Positions 19,610 through 28,903 of a DNA stretch of 64,000 nt are shown piece by piece. Under the pieces are notes generated by a model. The model did no database searches. It was given only the letters and a program-made list of their open reading frames with translations, and had not been told where the DNA came from. The DNA is from an uncultured Acidobacteriaceae bacterium (GTDB lineage: Bacteria; Acidobacteriota; Terriglobia; Bryobacterales; Bryobacteraceae): contig CAWJFN010000006.1 of the NCBI GenBank assembly GCA_963842195.1, positions 6,320-70,319 of the forward strand, given 5' to 3'. Numbering within the stretch: the first letter of the stretch is position 1; every line of letters starts with the position of its first letter. The translations under genes and the position numbers were made by a program.

Positions 19610-21064
19610 GTGGCAGGCTACGGAAAGACGGGCATGGCGCGTTCGCTCTCACCGGTCAGCGACTCTGCTTTGCCGGACGGAACCTTCAACCACGAATTCT
19701 CCAAGACCAGCTTCCGCATCCGTTCCCAAGCCTCGGGCATGACACAAAGCTTCGTTCGCAGCGGTGAGTCCTCCGCGCAAAAAGTCGCCTTTGTCGTCGG
19801 TTCGGGAAATCACGCCTTCGGTTTTCTAATAAAAGTCAGAGATCACATCTTTCAATCGCCGATCTCGTATTACACTAAGGGCCGATTCTGGGATGTGGCT
19901 CCCGGTTATGAAATCGATCCTCACCCGGACTTCTCGCGTCCCGTGACGGTTGAATGCCTTTCGTGCCACTCTGGCAAGCCGCTGCCGGTAGCCGATACGC
20001 TGAACAGCTATCAACCCGCGGTTTTTGAGTCCTATGGTATTTCATGTCAGCGCTGCCACGGCGACACCGCTGCGCATCTGAAGAATCCCGTTGCAGGCTC
20101 GATCATCAATCCCGCGAGACTGAACGGAGCTGTGCGGGACAGCATTTGCGAACAATGCCACCTCACCGGTGAGATACGCATTCCAAATCCGGATAAGTCG
20201 ATTGTCGATTTCAAGCCCGGCCAAACTCTCGAAGATTTCTACACAACCTATATCGCCACACAATCGTCCGGAAAATACATCAAGGTAGTCAGTCATTCTG
20301 AACAGTTGGCCTTGAGTGAGTGCGCGCGAAAGAGCGGCGGCCGGCTCTGGTGTGGTAGTTGCCACAATCCGCATGAAAAACCGGTTCAGCCCGCGGCCTA
20401 CTTCCGTGAGCGCTGTCTGAGTTGCCACGCCGCGACACTCGAAAAATCACATGCTGCTCCGAGTCGCGACTGTGTCGCCTGCCACATGCCTCAACTGCCT
20501 GCGAAAGACGGCGGCCACACCGCGTTCACGAATCACAGAATCGCGCGCAACCCCAGCGCCGACACTCAGGCCGCTGAGCCAAATGCCGAACCACATAATG
20601 TCACCGCCTGGCGCGAACCCGACAATACTCTGCGCGATCGTAATTTAGCGCTCGCACTGGTTGCCGACGGATTGCAGAACCAGTCTTCAGCAGAGGTGAT
20701 ACGCGGCTACCGTATGTTGAACCGTTTAGAAAAGGATTTTCCGAATGACCCGGCGCTGCTGACAAGCATTGGGTCGGTTCTCATGCGGGGAAAACAGCCA
20801 GGCGAAGCTCTGAAATACTTTCACAAAGTGTTAGTCCTTAAGCCTGCGTACGCACCCTACCACGTGAACGCCGCGGCTGCTCTGCTGGGTATAAATGAGC
20901 CAGGCGAAGCGGTTCAGCAGCTCGAAAAGGCATTGGATTTGGATCCGTTTCTTAAACCGGCAGTGCAGCTGCTCAGCCAAATTTATCGCGAACAAGGAGA
21001 AACGGACAAGGCGGATACTTTTCTGACCAGGTACGACGAAATCATGAGCATTTCGCAGAATTGA
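19610..21064 (+). CDS. multiheme c-type cytochrome fused to C-terminal TPR repeats; 5' end apparently disrupted
   Basis: Six CXXCH motifs (CLSCH, CQRCH, CEQCH, CGSCH, CLSCH, CVACH), then TPR-like repeats. A seventh CXXCH (CIRCH, 19586-19600) lies in frame upstream of the first usable start, and the signal-peptide-like sequence is in another frame. Confidence 0.7.
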   Translation: MAGYGKTGMARSLSPVSDSALPDGTFNHEFSKTSFRIRSQASGMTQSFVRSGESSAQKVAFVVGSGNHAFGFLIKVRDHIFQSPISYYTKGRFWDVAPGYEIDPHPDFSRPVTVECLSCHSGKPLPVADTLNSYQPAVFESYGISCQRCHGDTAAHLKNPVAGSIINPARLNGAVRDSICEQCHLTGEIRIPNPDKSIVDFKPGQTLEDFYTTYIATQSSGKYIKVVSHSEQLALSECARKSGGRLWCGSCHNPHEKPVQPAAYFRERCLSCHAATLEKSHAAPSRDCVACHMPQLPAKDGGHTAFTNHRIARNPSADTQAAEPNAEPHNVTAWREPDNTLRDRNLALALVADGLQNQSSAEVIRGYRMLNRLEKDFPNDPALLTSIGSVLMRGKQPGEALKYFHKVLVLKPAYAPYHVNAAAALLGINEPGEAVQQLEKALDLDPFLKPAVQLLSQIYREQGETDKADTFLTRYDEIMSISQN

Positions 21065-21250
21065 AATTACCTTTTGGCACTTTGCACCTTCAGGAGAGGT
21101 CCGGATGGGTACTTTGTCCTGTTCCGAGATGTAGAAATTCCGAAAGCGAACACCACTTCGAACTGTTGCGAAAGTGAAGGGGCTTTGTTTGCACCATCAT
21201 AAGCATGGGCGATGAACTTGCATGACTGTGCCCCCAAAGAGGGTACCTGG

Positions 21251-23719
21251 ATGAAAGAAAACGTCGCGTCCTTCCTGAGTGACCTGAAAGTGGGCGCCCG
21301 TTCGCTGGCCCGCGCTAAAGGACTCACCGCGACCGTCGTACTGACCTTGGCGCTCGGAATCGGCGCCAATGCCGTGATATTCAGTTTGATTCGCGGTGTG
21401 CTGTTGCGCCCTCTGGTCAATCGCGACGAGGACCGGCTCGTCTACATTCGCCAGACGGCCGGAAATGCAGAAGACAACCCCACCTTTTCAGTGCCGGAAA
21501 TTGCCGATTTACGCTCGCGTGTCAAAACCCTGACAGGCTTCGGCGAGTTCTCCACCGTCGCCCTCAGCATGGTGGGCGTGGGAGAGCCTCGCTCGGTGAA
21601 CGCCGGTGTGGTGAATGGATCGTATTTCCACGTAATGGGGCTGCGCCCGGTGCTTGGGCGGCTGCTGGATGCGCGCGATGACGGTCCGAAAGCCGCAGGC
21701 GCGGTCGTGTTGACTTACCGTTTTTGGTCAACCGTGCTGAAAAGCAATCCGGCAGTGCTCGGCAAAACCGTCCGGCTCGATTCATTTATGGATGCGCGCA
21801 GCGCCACTGTCGTCGGCGTGCTGGAGCCCAGCATTCCCTATCCGGCCGATACGGAAGTTATCGCCAATATCGTCAGCAGCGCGCACCACCTTTCGGCAAC
21901 TATGCAGACCAGCCGTCTCCACAGGATGACTGAACTTTTCGCACGGCTCGCGCCCGGATCGGATCTGGAAAAGGCCCGCGCGGAACTGCGTTCCGTGTAC
22001 GCACGTATGAAGCGGCAGTATCCGGAAGCGTACGCCGCTGATGCCCAAATCAGCGCGGTAAAACTGCGCGATCAACTCACCTCGGGAGCACGGACCATCC
22101 TGCTGGTTCTGATGGCAACGTCGATACTGATTTTCATCATTGCCTGCTCGAACGTTGCAAATCTTATCCTGGCGCGGAGTGTGCGCCGCGAGGCCGAACT
22201 CGGCATCCGCGCGGCGCTCGGCGCAAGCACTGCTGCCCTGCGCCGGACTCTGCTAACCGAAAGCCTGCTGTTGTCCTTTGCGGGGGCAGCTCTCGGTCTC
22301 TTGATCGCCGGTCCAATGCTGGCGGTTCTGGCGCGCTATATATCCCGCTTCTCCATACGAGCCCTCGACCTTACGGTCGATCCGGCCATGCTTTGGGTAG
22401 GGGCGGTCCTGGCGATGATCGCCGCGCCATTGCTGGCCTTCATTCCGCGCCTGCCCTCATCCGGCGGCGCTCAGGGATTCGGATTAACCAGCAGTAGCGC
22501 GCGTATCACTACCGTCGCGAACAGAAAATTGAAGCTCTTTGCGGTGGTTCAGATCGCCGCGTCTTTCGTGCTCGTGGCGTCGGCCGGTGCCAGCGTGAAA
22601 ACACTTCTCGCGCTCAAGGCCGCGCAGAGCGGTCTCGATACACGCCATCTCCTCGCGGTGAACGTGCCGGTATTGCATGTGGGAAAGACGCCCGGCCAGA
22701 TCGTAGAGTACTATCGCGAAGCGACACGGCGAATTCGTCAATTACCTGGCGTTCTGGATGTTGCCGTTGCCAACGTTGTGCCGTGGACCAATGATTACTT
22801 CGGCGGAATGGGATTCTCCGTCGACGGGCACACTCCGGCTCCAAGTGAAAAGCAGCCGGAAGCGGCGATGCGGATCATCTCTCCCGGCTTTTTCGCGACG
22901 CTCGGGCTGCCCATCATCGAAGGACGTGATTTCGACGACGGCGACCGTCAGGGGCGAGAGCCGGTGGCTGTGATTAGCCGGAGCGTAGCCCAGCGCATGT
23001 TCCCCACAGGCGCTCTGAATCATCACGTGATGTGGACGGACCCGATCCTGAAAGCTGTACCCTTCGTCAGCACGGAGCCGCTGCGCGTCATTGGCGTCGT
23101 CGGCGACATGGACGATGGAAACATTGTTCCTAAGCCGACCATGACCCTGTACCGTCCTTTCGATCAAGAGCCGGTCCTCGGAGGCGGCCGGCTTTTCGTT
23201 CACGTGCGCTCGGATCCCTATGCTCTGGTCGCGCCCATCACAGGCATTATGCGCAAAATGTCTGCCGACCAGCCGGTGGAACACGCGACGACGCTTGAAG
23301 ACGTTCGCGCGGAGGTACTCTCACCCGAACGGTTGAACGCGGTGGTGTTCGGCGCTTTCGCCGCAGTGGCATTGTTGATTGCGGTGATCGGAGTCGCGGG
23401 CGTGCTGGCATTTTCCGTCAGTGGACGCACACGGGAGTTTGGCATACGGCTGGCAGTGGGTTCCCAGCCGCGACGTTTGCTCATGCGTGTCATCAGCGAA
23501 GGCGTGGCGATGGCCACCGCCGGACTTGCTGTCGGTCTTGGTTGCGGATTCGCGCTGGCGCATTTGGCGGGCACCTTCCTCGCGGACCTGAAAACGCCAG
23601 GCGCACTGTCGGTGGCCAGCTCGGCTGTCATCCTGCTGCTTGCGGCCGTGATTGCTTCGGTGATGCCGGCCGCACGGGCGGCTCGCATCGATGTGATTCA
23701 GGCGCTACGAACGGAGTAG
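21251..23719 (+). CDS. MacB/FtsX-type ABC transporter permease, duplicated (ADOP-like orphan permease)
   Basis: N-terminus LSDLKVGARSLARAKGLTATVVLTLALGIGANAVIFSLIRGVLLRPL, two MacB periplasmic-domain + FtsX 4-TM modules, and no adjacent ATPase. Confidence 0.8.
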   Translation: MKENVASFLSDLKVGARSLARAKGLTATVVLTLALGIGANAVIFSLIRGVLLRPLVNRDEDRLVYIRQTAGNAEDNPTFSVPEIADLRSRVKTLTGFGEFSTVALSMVGVGEPRSVNAGVVNGSYFHVMGLRPVLGRLLDARDDGPKAAGAVVLTYRFWSTVLKSNPAVLGKTVRLDSFMDARSATVVGVLEPSIPYPADTEVIANIVSSAHHLSATMQTSRLHRMTELFARLAPGSDLEKARAELRSVYARMKRQYPEAYAADAQISAVKLRDQLTSGARTILLVLMATSILIFIIACSNVANLILARSVRREAELGIRAALGASTAALRRTLLTESLLLSFAGAALGLLIAGPMLAVLARYISRFSIRALDLTVDPAMLWVGAVLAMIAAPLLAFIPRLPSSGGAQGFGLTSSSARITTVANRKLKLFAVVQIAASFVLVASAGASVKTLLALKAAQSGLDTRHLLAVNVPVLHVGKTPGQIVEYYREATRRIRQLPGVLDVAVANVVPWTNDYFGGMGFSVDGHTPAPSEKQPEAAMRIISPGFFATLGLPIIEGRDFDDGDRQGREPVAVISRSVAQRMFPTGALNHHVMWTDPILKAVPFVSTEPLRVIGVVGDMDDGNIVPKPTMTLYRPFDQEPVLGGGRLFVHVRSDPYALVAPITGIMRKMSADQPVEHATTLEDVRAEVLSPERLNAVVFGAFAAVALLIAVIGVAGVLAFSVSGRTREFGIRLAVGSQPRRLLMRVISEGVAMATAGLAVGLGCGFALAHLAGTFLADLKTPGALSVASSAVILLLAAVIASVMPAARAARIDVIQALRTE

Positions 23720-23742
23720 GCCATCATCGCCCAATCGCCGGC

Positions 23743-24990
23743 TCAGCGTTCCTCTTCGTAACGTCGGAAGATCAGGCAGCCGTTCGTCCCGCCGAAGCCG
23801 AAGCTGTTCGACAGCGCGTAATCAATCGCCATCGGACGTGCCTGGTTGGGAACATAGTCGAGATCGCAGTCCGCATCAGGAAACTCGTAGTTGATGGTCG
23901 GTGGCGCGACCTGATGATGAATCGCCAAAACCGTGATTCCTGCCTCCAATCCGCCTGCGCCGCCGAGCAAATGCCCCGTCATCGACTTGGTCGAGCTTAC
24001 CGCCAGCCGCTTCGCATGCTCGCCAAAGGCGTGCTTGATAGCAATCGTCTCTGCCTTGTCACCCAAACCAGTCGAGGTGCCGTGAGCGTTGATGTATTGC
24101 ACGGCTGAAGGCTCTATCCGGGCATCCCGCAGTGCATTTCGCATCACTCGAAATCCGCCGTCGCCGTCCTCCGGTGGAGCAGTGATGTGATGAGCGTCGG
24201 CGCTCATGCCATAACCGACCATCTCCGCCAGAATGCGAGCGCCGCGGCGGCGCGCGTGGTCCAGGTCTTCCAGGATCAGAATTCCCGATCCTTCGCCGAC
24301 AATGAACCCGTCTCGTTGCTCGTCCCAGGGACGGCTGGCACGCTGCGGTTGATCGTTGCGCGTCGACAGAGCGCGCATGGCCGCAAACCCGCCGACACCC
24401 ATCGGCGTGATGCACGCTTCGCTCCCGCCGCAAATCATGACGTCCGCGTGCTCATGCTGGATCAGCCGAAATGAGTCGCCGATCGAGTGCGCGCTGGTTG
24501 TGCATGCCGTCGCCGTGGCAGAATTTGGACCTTTCGCGCTGTACTTGATGGAAACATAGCCGCTTGCCAGGTTGACGATACAGGACGGGATGAAAAAGGG
24601 AGAAATCCGGCTGGGCCCGCGTTCAAGGAAAACCTTATGTTCGCGCTCGATGACCTCAAAGCCGCCGATTCCGCTCCCGATGTAAACGCCGACGTTCTCG
24701 GCGTCCTCGGCCGAGACCGCGAGTTGCGCCGACTCGACGGCGAATTCCGACGCCGCCATTGCAAATTGAATGAAGCGGCCCATTTTCTTGACGTCTTTTT
24801 TGTCCACGTACTGCAGCGGATCGAAGCTCGCCACTTCGCCCGCGATTTTGCACGTGAACTCGGACGCGTCGAACTGCGTGATCGGTCCAATGCCGCTCTT
24901 ACCTGCGAGGATTGCGTTCCAACATGCGCCGGTTCCGGTTCCCACGGAACTGATCAATCCTACGCCCGTGACAACTACTCTACGCGGCAA
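23743..24990 (-). CDS. fabF: beta-ketoacyl-ACP synthase II
   Basis: RVVVTGVGLISSVG start, active-site Cys context (ATACTTSAHSIG), HGTSTGLGD and NSFGFGGTNG motifs. Lies adjacent to acpP. Confidence 0.95.
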   Translation of the reverse strand: MPRRVVVTGVGLISSVGTGTGACWNAILAGKSGIGPITQFDASEFTCKIAGEVASFDPLQYVDKKDVKKMGRFIQFAMAASEFAVESAQLAVSAEDAENVGVYIGSGIGGFEVIEREHKVFLERGPSRISPFFIPSCIVNLASGYVSIKYSAKGPNSATATACTTSAHSIGDSFRLIQHEHADVMICGGSEACITPMGVGGFAAMRALSTRNDQPQRASRPWDEQRDGFIVGEGSGILILEDLDHARRRGARILAEMVGYGMSADAHHITAPPEDGDGGFRVMRNALRDARIEPSAVQYINAHGTSTGLGDKAETIAIKHAFGEHAKRLAVSSTKSMTGHLLGGAGGLEAGITVLAIHHQVAPPTINYEFPDADCDLDYVPNQARPMAIDYALSNSFGFGGTNGCLIFRRYEEER

Positions 24991-25049
24991 GCGTTTCTCT
25001 CCATTTAGAACTGGCGTGCGCCGCCGGGCGCTGCATGCGTGACTTCAAT

Positions 25050-25283
25050 CTATTTCTTCTTCGCTTCGATATAGTCGATCGCGTCCTTTACAGTTTTGAT
25101 TTTTTCCGCGTCCTCGTCCGGGATATCGAGGTCGAACGCTTCTTCAAACGCCATTACAAGCTCAACGATGTCGAGGGAATCCGCGCCCAGATCGTCCACA
25201 AAGGATGCGCTCGGGTCCACTTGGTTCTCGTCAACACCCAGTTGCTCAACAATGATTTGCTTTACTTTTTCAGCTACTGACAT
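25050..25283 (-). CDS. acpP: acyl carrier protein
   Basis: 77 aa with the phosphopantetheine site [18 protein letters not shown]. Confidence 0.95.
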   Translation of the reverse strand: MSVAEKVKQIIVEQLGVDENQVDPSASFVDDLGADSLDIVELVMAFEEAFDLDIPDEDAEKIKTVKDAIDYIEAKKK

Positions 25284-25463
25284 TCAATGGTTCTCCTGTG
25301 CTCGCAACGCGTTTTCCACTCCGGCGAAGGCTGTTCGGTCCAACACCTAAAGCTACATCACGGATAAATGGGGAGCGATCGGCGGGAATGGTGATATTTG
25401 TTCAGATCAACAAAAGTTTACCAATGCCTCACAACTTGTTCGGTCCGGCACTCTAAGCTGTAG

Positions 25464-26123
25464 ATGTTGCCGGAAGGTTTGCGTGTCCTCTACTTACACG
25501 GGTTCGCGTCCGGTCCGCAGTCGCGAAAGGCCGGATTCTTTGCCGGGCGCCTCCGGGAAGCCGGGTTTCCGGTGGATATCGCCGACCTGGCAGAAGACGG
25601 GTTCGAGCGTCTCACCATTTCCGGCCAACTGCGCGTGATTGAGCGGTCGGCAAGAGGACAGTCGGTCGTCCTGATCGGTTCCAGCCTGGGAGGCTATTTA
25701 GCCGCTCTGTACGCTGCTTCTCACCCGGAAGTTGACCGCCTGGTCCTGCTCGCGCCGGCCTTTAACTTCTGGCACTTGTGGGCATCCGAGCTAGGCCCCG
25801 TCCGCCTCGCCGAATGGAGAAAAAATGGCCACATCAGCGTGTTCCATTATGCAGAAGGACGCGAGATGCCAATCGGCTATCAGCTGATGGAGGACGCAAG
25901 CCGCTTCGAACCGTTTCCGGGCTTCCGCCAGCCGGCGTTGATCATTCACGGAGATTTCGACAACGTGGTTCCCCCATCGCAATCGGCCGAGTTCGCCGCC
26001 TTGCACCCGAACGTCAGGCTGGTTCGGGTCCAATCCGGTCACGAGTTGACTGACGTACTAGAGCCTATATGGCAGGAAATAAAAAGTTTCCTGCTCACCG
26101 GAAATCAGCGAATCGGGTGTTAG
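25464..26123 (+). CDS. alpha/beta hydrolase, YqiA-like esterase
   Basis: LYLHGFASGPQS, nucleophile elbow GSSLGG, and a C-terminal HGDFDNVVP...SGHEL pattern. Confidence 0.6.
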   Translation: MLPEGLRVLYLHGFASGPQSRKAGFFAGRLREAGFPVDIADLAEDGFERLTISGQLRVIERSARGQSVVLIGSSLGGYLAALYAASHPEVDRLVLLAPAFNFWHLWASELGPVRLAEWRKNGHISVFHYAEGREMPIGYQLMEDASRFEPFPGFRQPALIIHGDFDNVVPPSQSAEFAALHPNVRLVRVQSGHELTDVLEPIWQEIKSFLLTGNQRIGC

Positions 26124-26260
26124 ACTGTGGTTACCACCCGGCTTACGGATGTTTCTTGCAACCGTGATTTTTAACCGAACGTCCACCAAGGCAAGAGACG
26201 TTATCGCGCGAAAACGCAGCAGGCGGAGTGTGTGCCGTGACTAGCAAGGAATTAGAAACC

Positions 26261-27358
26261 ATGGAGCATCCCGAAGTTGTCCAGCCCGATGCTCACAGGT
26301 CCGATACCCATCTGGACAGGCTGATCCTCAATACCGATCTTGAAGAGCCTTGGTTTAAATCGATCATCCGGAGTGTTCGGGAAAGCGTCAGTGCCTCCAA
26401 GCTTCCGCCCCTTGAAATCACATCCAAACCGATAGAAGGCGCAACGTTCGGAGATATCCAGGCAGTTGAGATCCCCTGGTATAAATCGCTGATCGGCAAC
26501 GTTCGCGACCTGATCCGTCCGCCTAAGCTGCCACCGCTCGAAATCACTTCGAAGCCGGTAGAGGTGGGGACGATTTGGGGCGCGTACCACGGCGGTGAAA
26601 CGCGCAGCGGCGCTGTTTCCATCCTGATTCACGTCGGCGTGATCACGCTGCTGCTGGTGGTCTTTAGAACGACGCCCTTGGCTAAGAAACTGAACGACGT
26701 CACGAAGCTGATCTACTTGCCGCCCTATACGCCTAAAATGCCTCCGGCAGCGGAGAAGGCGGGTGGCGGCGGAGGCGGCGGCATGCACATGCCGAAGCCG
26801 GTCAACCATGGCGCGGCGCCCAAATTTGCGCCCAAACAGTTCACGCCACCGACGCTCGCGATTCCGAAACCGAAATTACCCGTCGTTCCGACCATTACCG
26901 CGCCTGCGCCGCCAGTGATTGCCGATAACTACGCCGACCCGGTCAGCAAGATGATCGATCAGTCCGGCGGCCCTGGGTCGCAGGGCTTTGGCAACGGGAG
27001 TGGCGGCGGAGTCGGTAACGGCCACGGCGACGGGCTCGGCGATGGCTACGGCCACGGCGCCGGCGGCGGCGCGTACCGGATTGGCGGCGATGTCTCCGCA
27101 CCGCAGTTGATCAGTAAAATCGAGCCCGAATACTCCGAAGAAGCCCGTAAAGCGAAGTACTCCGGAACCGTGCTGCTCTCGATCATTGTCGATGCCAATG
27201 GACTGCCTCGTGACATTAAGGTCGTTCGTCCATTGGGGCTCGGCTTGGACGAGAAGGCGATTGAAGCCGTGTCCCACTGGCGCTTCCGTCCCGGCATGAA
27301 GGGCGGCAAAGCGGTCGCGACGCAGGCACAAGTCGAAGTCAACTTCCGGCTGCTCTAA
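26261..27358 (+). CDS. TonB-family energy transducer
   Basis: One TM helix (AVSILIHVGVITLLLVVF) and a C-terminal TonB domain (VSAPQLISKIEPEYSEEARKAKYSGTVLLSIIVDANGLPRDIKVVRPLGLGLDEKAIEAVSHWRFRPG). Start set at the ATG with an AAGGAA RBS. Confidence 0.8.
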   Translation: MEHPEVVQPDAHRSDTHLDRLILNTDLEEPWFKSIIRSVRESVSASKLPPLEITSKPIEGATFGDIQAVEIPWYKSLIGNVRDLIRPPKLPPLEITSKPVEVGTIWGAYHGGETRSGAVSILIHVGVITLLLVVFRTTPLAKKLNDVTKLIYLPPYTPKMPPAAEKAGGGGGGGMHMPKPVNHGAAPKFAPKQFTPPTLAIPKPKLPVVPTITAPAPPVIADNYADPVSKMIDQSGGPGSQGFGNGSGGGVGNGHGDGLGDGYGHGAGGGAYRIGGDVSAPQLISKIEPEYSEEARKAKYSGTVLLSIIVDANGLPRDIKVVRPLGLGLDEKAIEAVSHWRFRPGMKGGKAVATQAQVEVNFRLL

Positions 27359-27668
27359 TATCTTCGCGCTACCACCATCCTGAGAATCGGTTGACATCCC
27401 CCGCCGGTGGTAGAGTACACTGAAAAGGTTTGGCGAGTTGATTCTTCGGCCTCCGGCTACCATGCTCACTTGGGATCAGCGGCGTTTCGGCGCAGCGAAG
27501 CCTAAGGGTGGAGCATCCGGCCGGGAGTCGGGGCCCCGCTACTGGACAGTAAGCCGTTCCGCCAACCCGGACGGTGACGCTCAATCCGGCAAGGGCCGCT
27601 TCCGAAGTAGTTTCCCTCGCGTTTTGGGGCTGGTGAACAACGCTATATCAGTCTCCTGGCAAGTGGTA

Positions 27669-27698
27669 GCGCACATGCGGTTTGGGCCGTTGTGCGCG
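27669..27698 (+). repeat. palindromic intergenic element, copy E
   Basis: gcgcacatgcggtttgggccgttgtgcgcg, with GCGCACA/TGTGCGC arms. Confidence 0.6.
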
Positions 27699-27885
27699 TG
27701 AGTAATTAATCAATTCGCAGCCGGCACGGGATAACGTGTTCGCGCCTGCAAAGGAATCCCGATAGGGAAATTCCACAGTTTTTCTAGAGCTCCTTTCAGG
27801 ATGCGGTTTGCGCTGTGTCCGTAAGGGCTGAAGAGGTTCGAAAGAGGAAAAATCTCACGCGTGCCGATTCGCGCTCCTGTTGGAT

Positions 27886-27918
27886 CGCGCACAACGGCCG
27901 GCAAAACGGCCTGTGCGC
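27886..27918 (-). repeat. palindromic intergenic element, copy F (inverted orientation)
   Basis: cgcgcacaacggccggcaaaacggcctgtgcgc. Its reverse complement, GCGCACAGGCCGTTTTGCCGGCCGTTGTGCGCG, aligns with copy B. Confidence 0.65.
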
Positions 27919-27957
27919 TGCTTCAGGCGCGATTTGCTGCGTAGGGTGACATAAGGT

Positions 27958-28365
27958 ATGCCGACTTTTAACCAACTTGTGCGCAAAGGGCGGAGGCCGA
28001 CCCGGTATAAGACCGCGAGCCCGGCGCTACAAGCGTGCCCCCAGCGACGTGGAGTCTGTACGCGTGTGTACACGACGACGCCCAAGAAGCCCAATTCGGC
28101 GCTGCGCAAGGTAGCGCGCGTGCGGCTCACCAACGGCATTGAAGTGACCACGTACATTCCCGGAGTTGGGCACAACCTTCAGGAACATTCGATTGTGCTG
28201 ATCCGCGGCGGCCGTGTGAAAGATCTGCCCGGTGTGCGCTACCACGTGGTTCGCGGAACACTAGACACGGCGGGCGTTGCCAACCGCAAGCAGAGCCGGT
28301 CCAAGTACGGAGCCAAGCGTCCGAAAGGCGGCGCGGCGGCGGCTCCGGCCAAAGGCAAAAAGTAA
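27958..28365 (+). CDS. rpsL: 30S ribosomal protein S12
   Basis: [12 protein letters not shown]...[16 protein letters not shown]; carries a Lys/Ala-rich C-terminal extension. Confidence 0.97.
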   Translation: MPTFNQLVRKGRRPTRYKTASPALQACPQRRGVCTRVYTTTPKKPNSALRKVARVRLTNGIEVTTYIPGVGHNLQEHSIVLIRGGRVKDLPGVRYHVVRGTLDTAGVANRKQSRSKYGAKRPKGGAAAAPAKGKK

Positions 28366-28393
28366 TTGAAGAAGTAATCGAGGAGATAGGTAG

Positions 28394-28864
28394 ATGCCAA
28401 GACGCAGACGTCCTGAGCCGAGAGAAGTGATACCGGACCCGTTGTATAACTCCACGCTGGTTGAGAAGTTTGTCAACTCGATGATGTGGGACGGCAAGAA
28501 GACCACCGCTCAGAGCATCTTCTACAACGCGATGGATACGCTTCGCGAGCGCTCCGGCGATGATCCGTTGAAGCTGTTCAAGAAAGCGGTTGAGAATGTG
28601 AAGCCGCTGCTCGAAGTCAAAACGCGGCGCGTCGGCGGCGCGAATTATCAGGTTCCGATCGAAGTGCCGCAGAATCGCCGGGTAAGCCTGGCGCTGCGCT
28701 GGCTGATAACGAACGCTCGCACGCGGCCCGACAAGAGCATGGCCGACAAGCTGGCAAACGAATTGAACGATGCCGCCAATATGCGAGGGGGCGCGGTGAA
28801 GAAAAAAGACGATGTGCATCGCATGGCGGAGGCCAATAAGGCCTTTGCGCACTATCGCTGGTAA
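28394..28864 (+). CDS. rpsG: 30S ribosomal protein S7
   Basis: [20 protein letters not shown]...[11 protein letters not shown]...AFAHYRW. Confidence 0.97.
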   Translation: MPRRRRPEPREVIPDPLYNSTLVEKFVNSMMWDGKKTTAQSIFYNAMDTLRERSGDDPLKLFKKAVENVKPLLEVKTRRVGGANYQVPIEVPQNRRVSLALRWLITNARTRPDKSMADKLANELNDAANMRGGAVKKKDDVHRMAEANKAFAHYRW

Positions 28865-28903
28865 TTGGCACTGGTAGTGATTTGAAGTATTTGAGTAATT
28901 GAT

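Noticed and set aside
24059-25008. ORFs on both strands overlapping fabF (for example 24487-25008, 173 aa).
   Set aside because: They lie inside or antisense to a clearly identified KAS II gene and have Arg/Ala-rich, low-information sequences.
27480-27600. Resemblance of GGTGGAGCATCC...CCCCGCTACTGG to the core of a cobalamin riboswitch. RNase P, SRP, tmRNA and 6S were also considered.
   Set aside because: Only a partial match to the B12-box region by eye, with no convincing GGGAA / AGCCxGGAxGACC blocks. The downstream gene (rpsL) makes no regulatory sense for such a riboswitch. None of the hallmark motifs of the other RNAs are present. The region is left as an unassigned structured leader.
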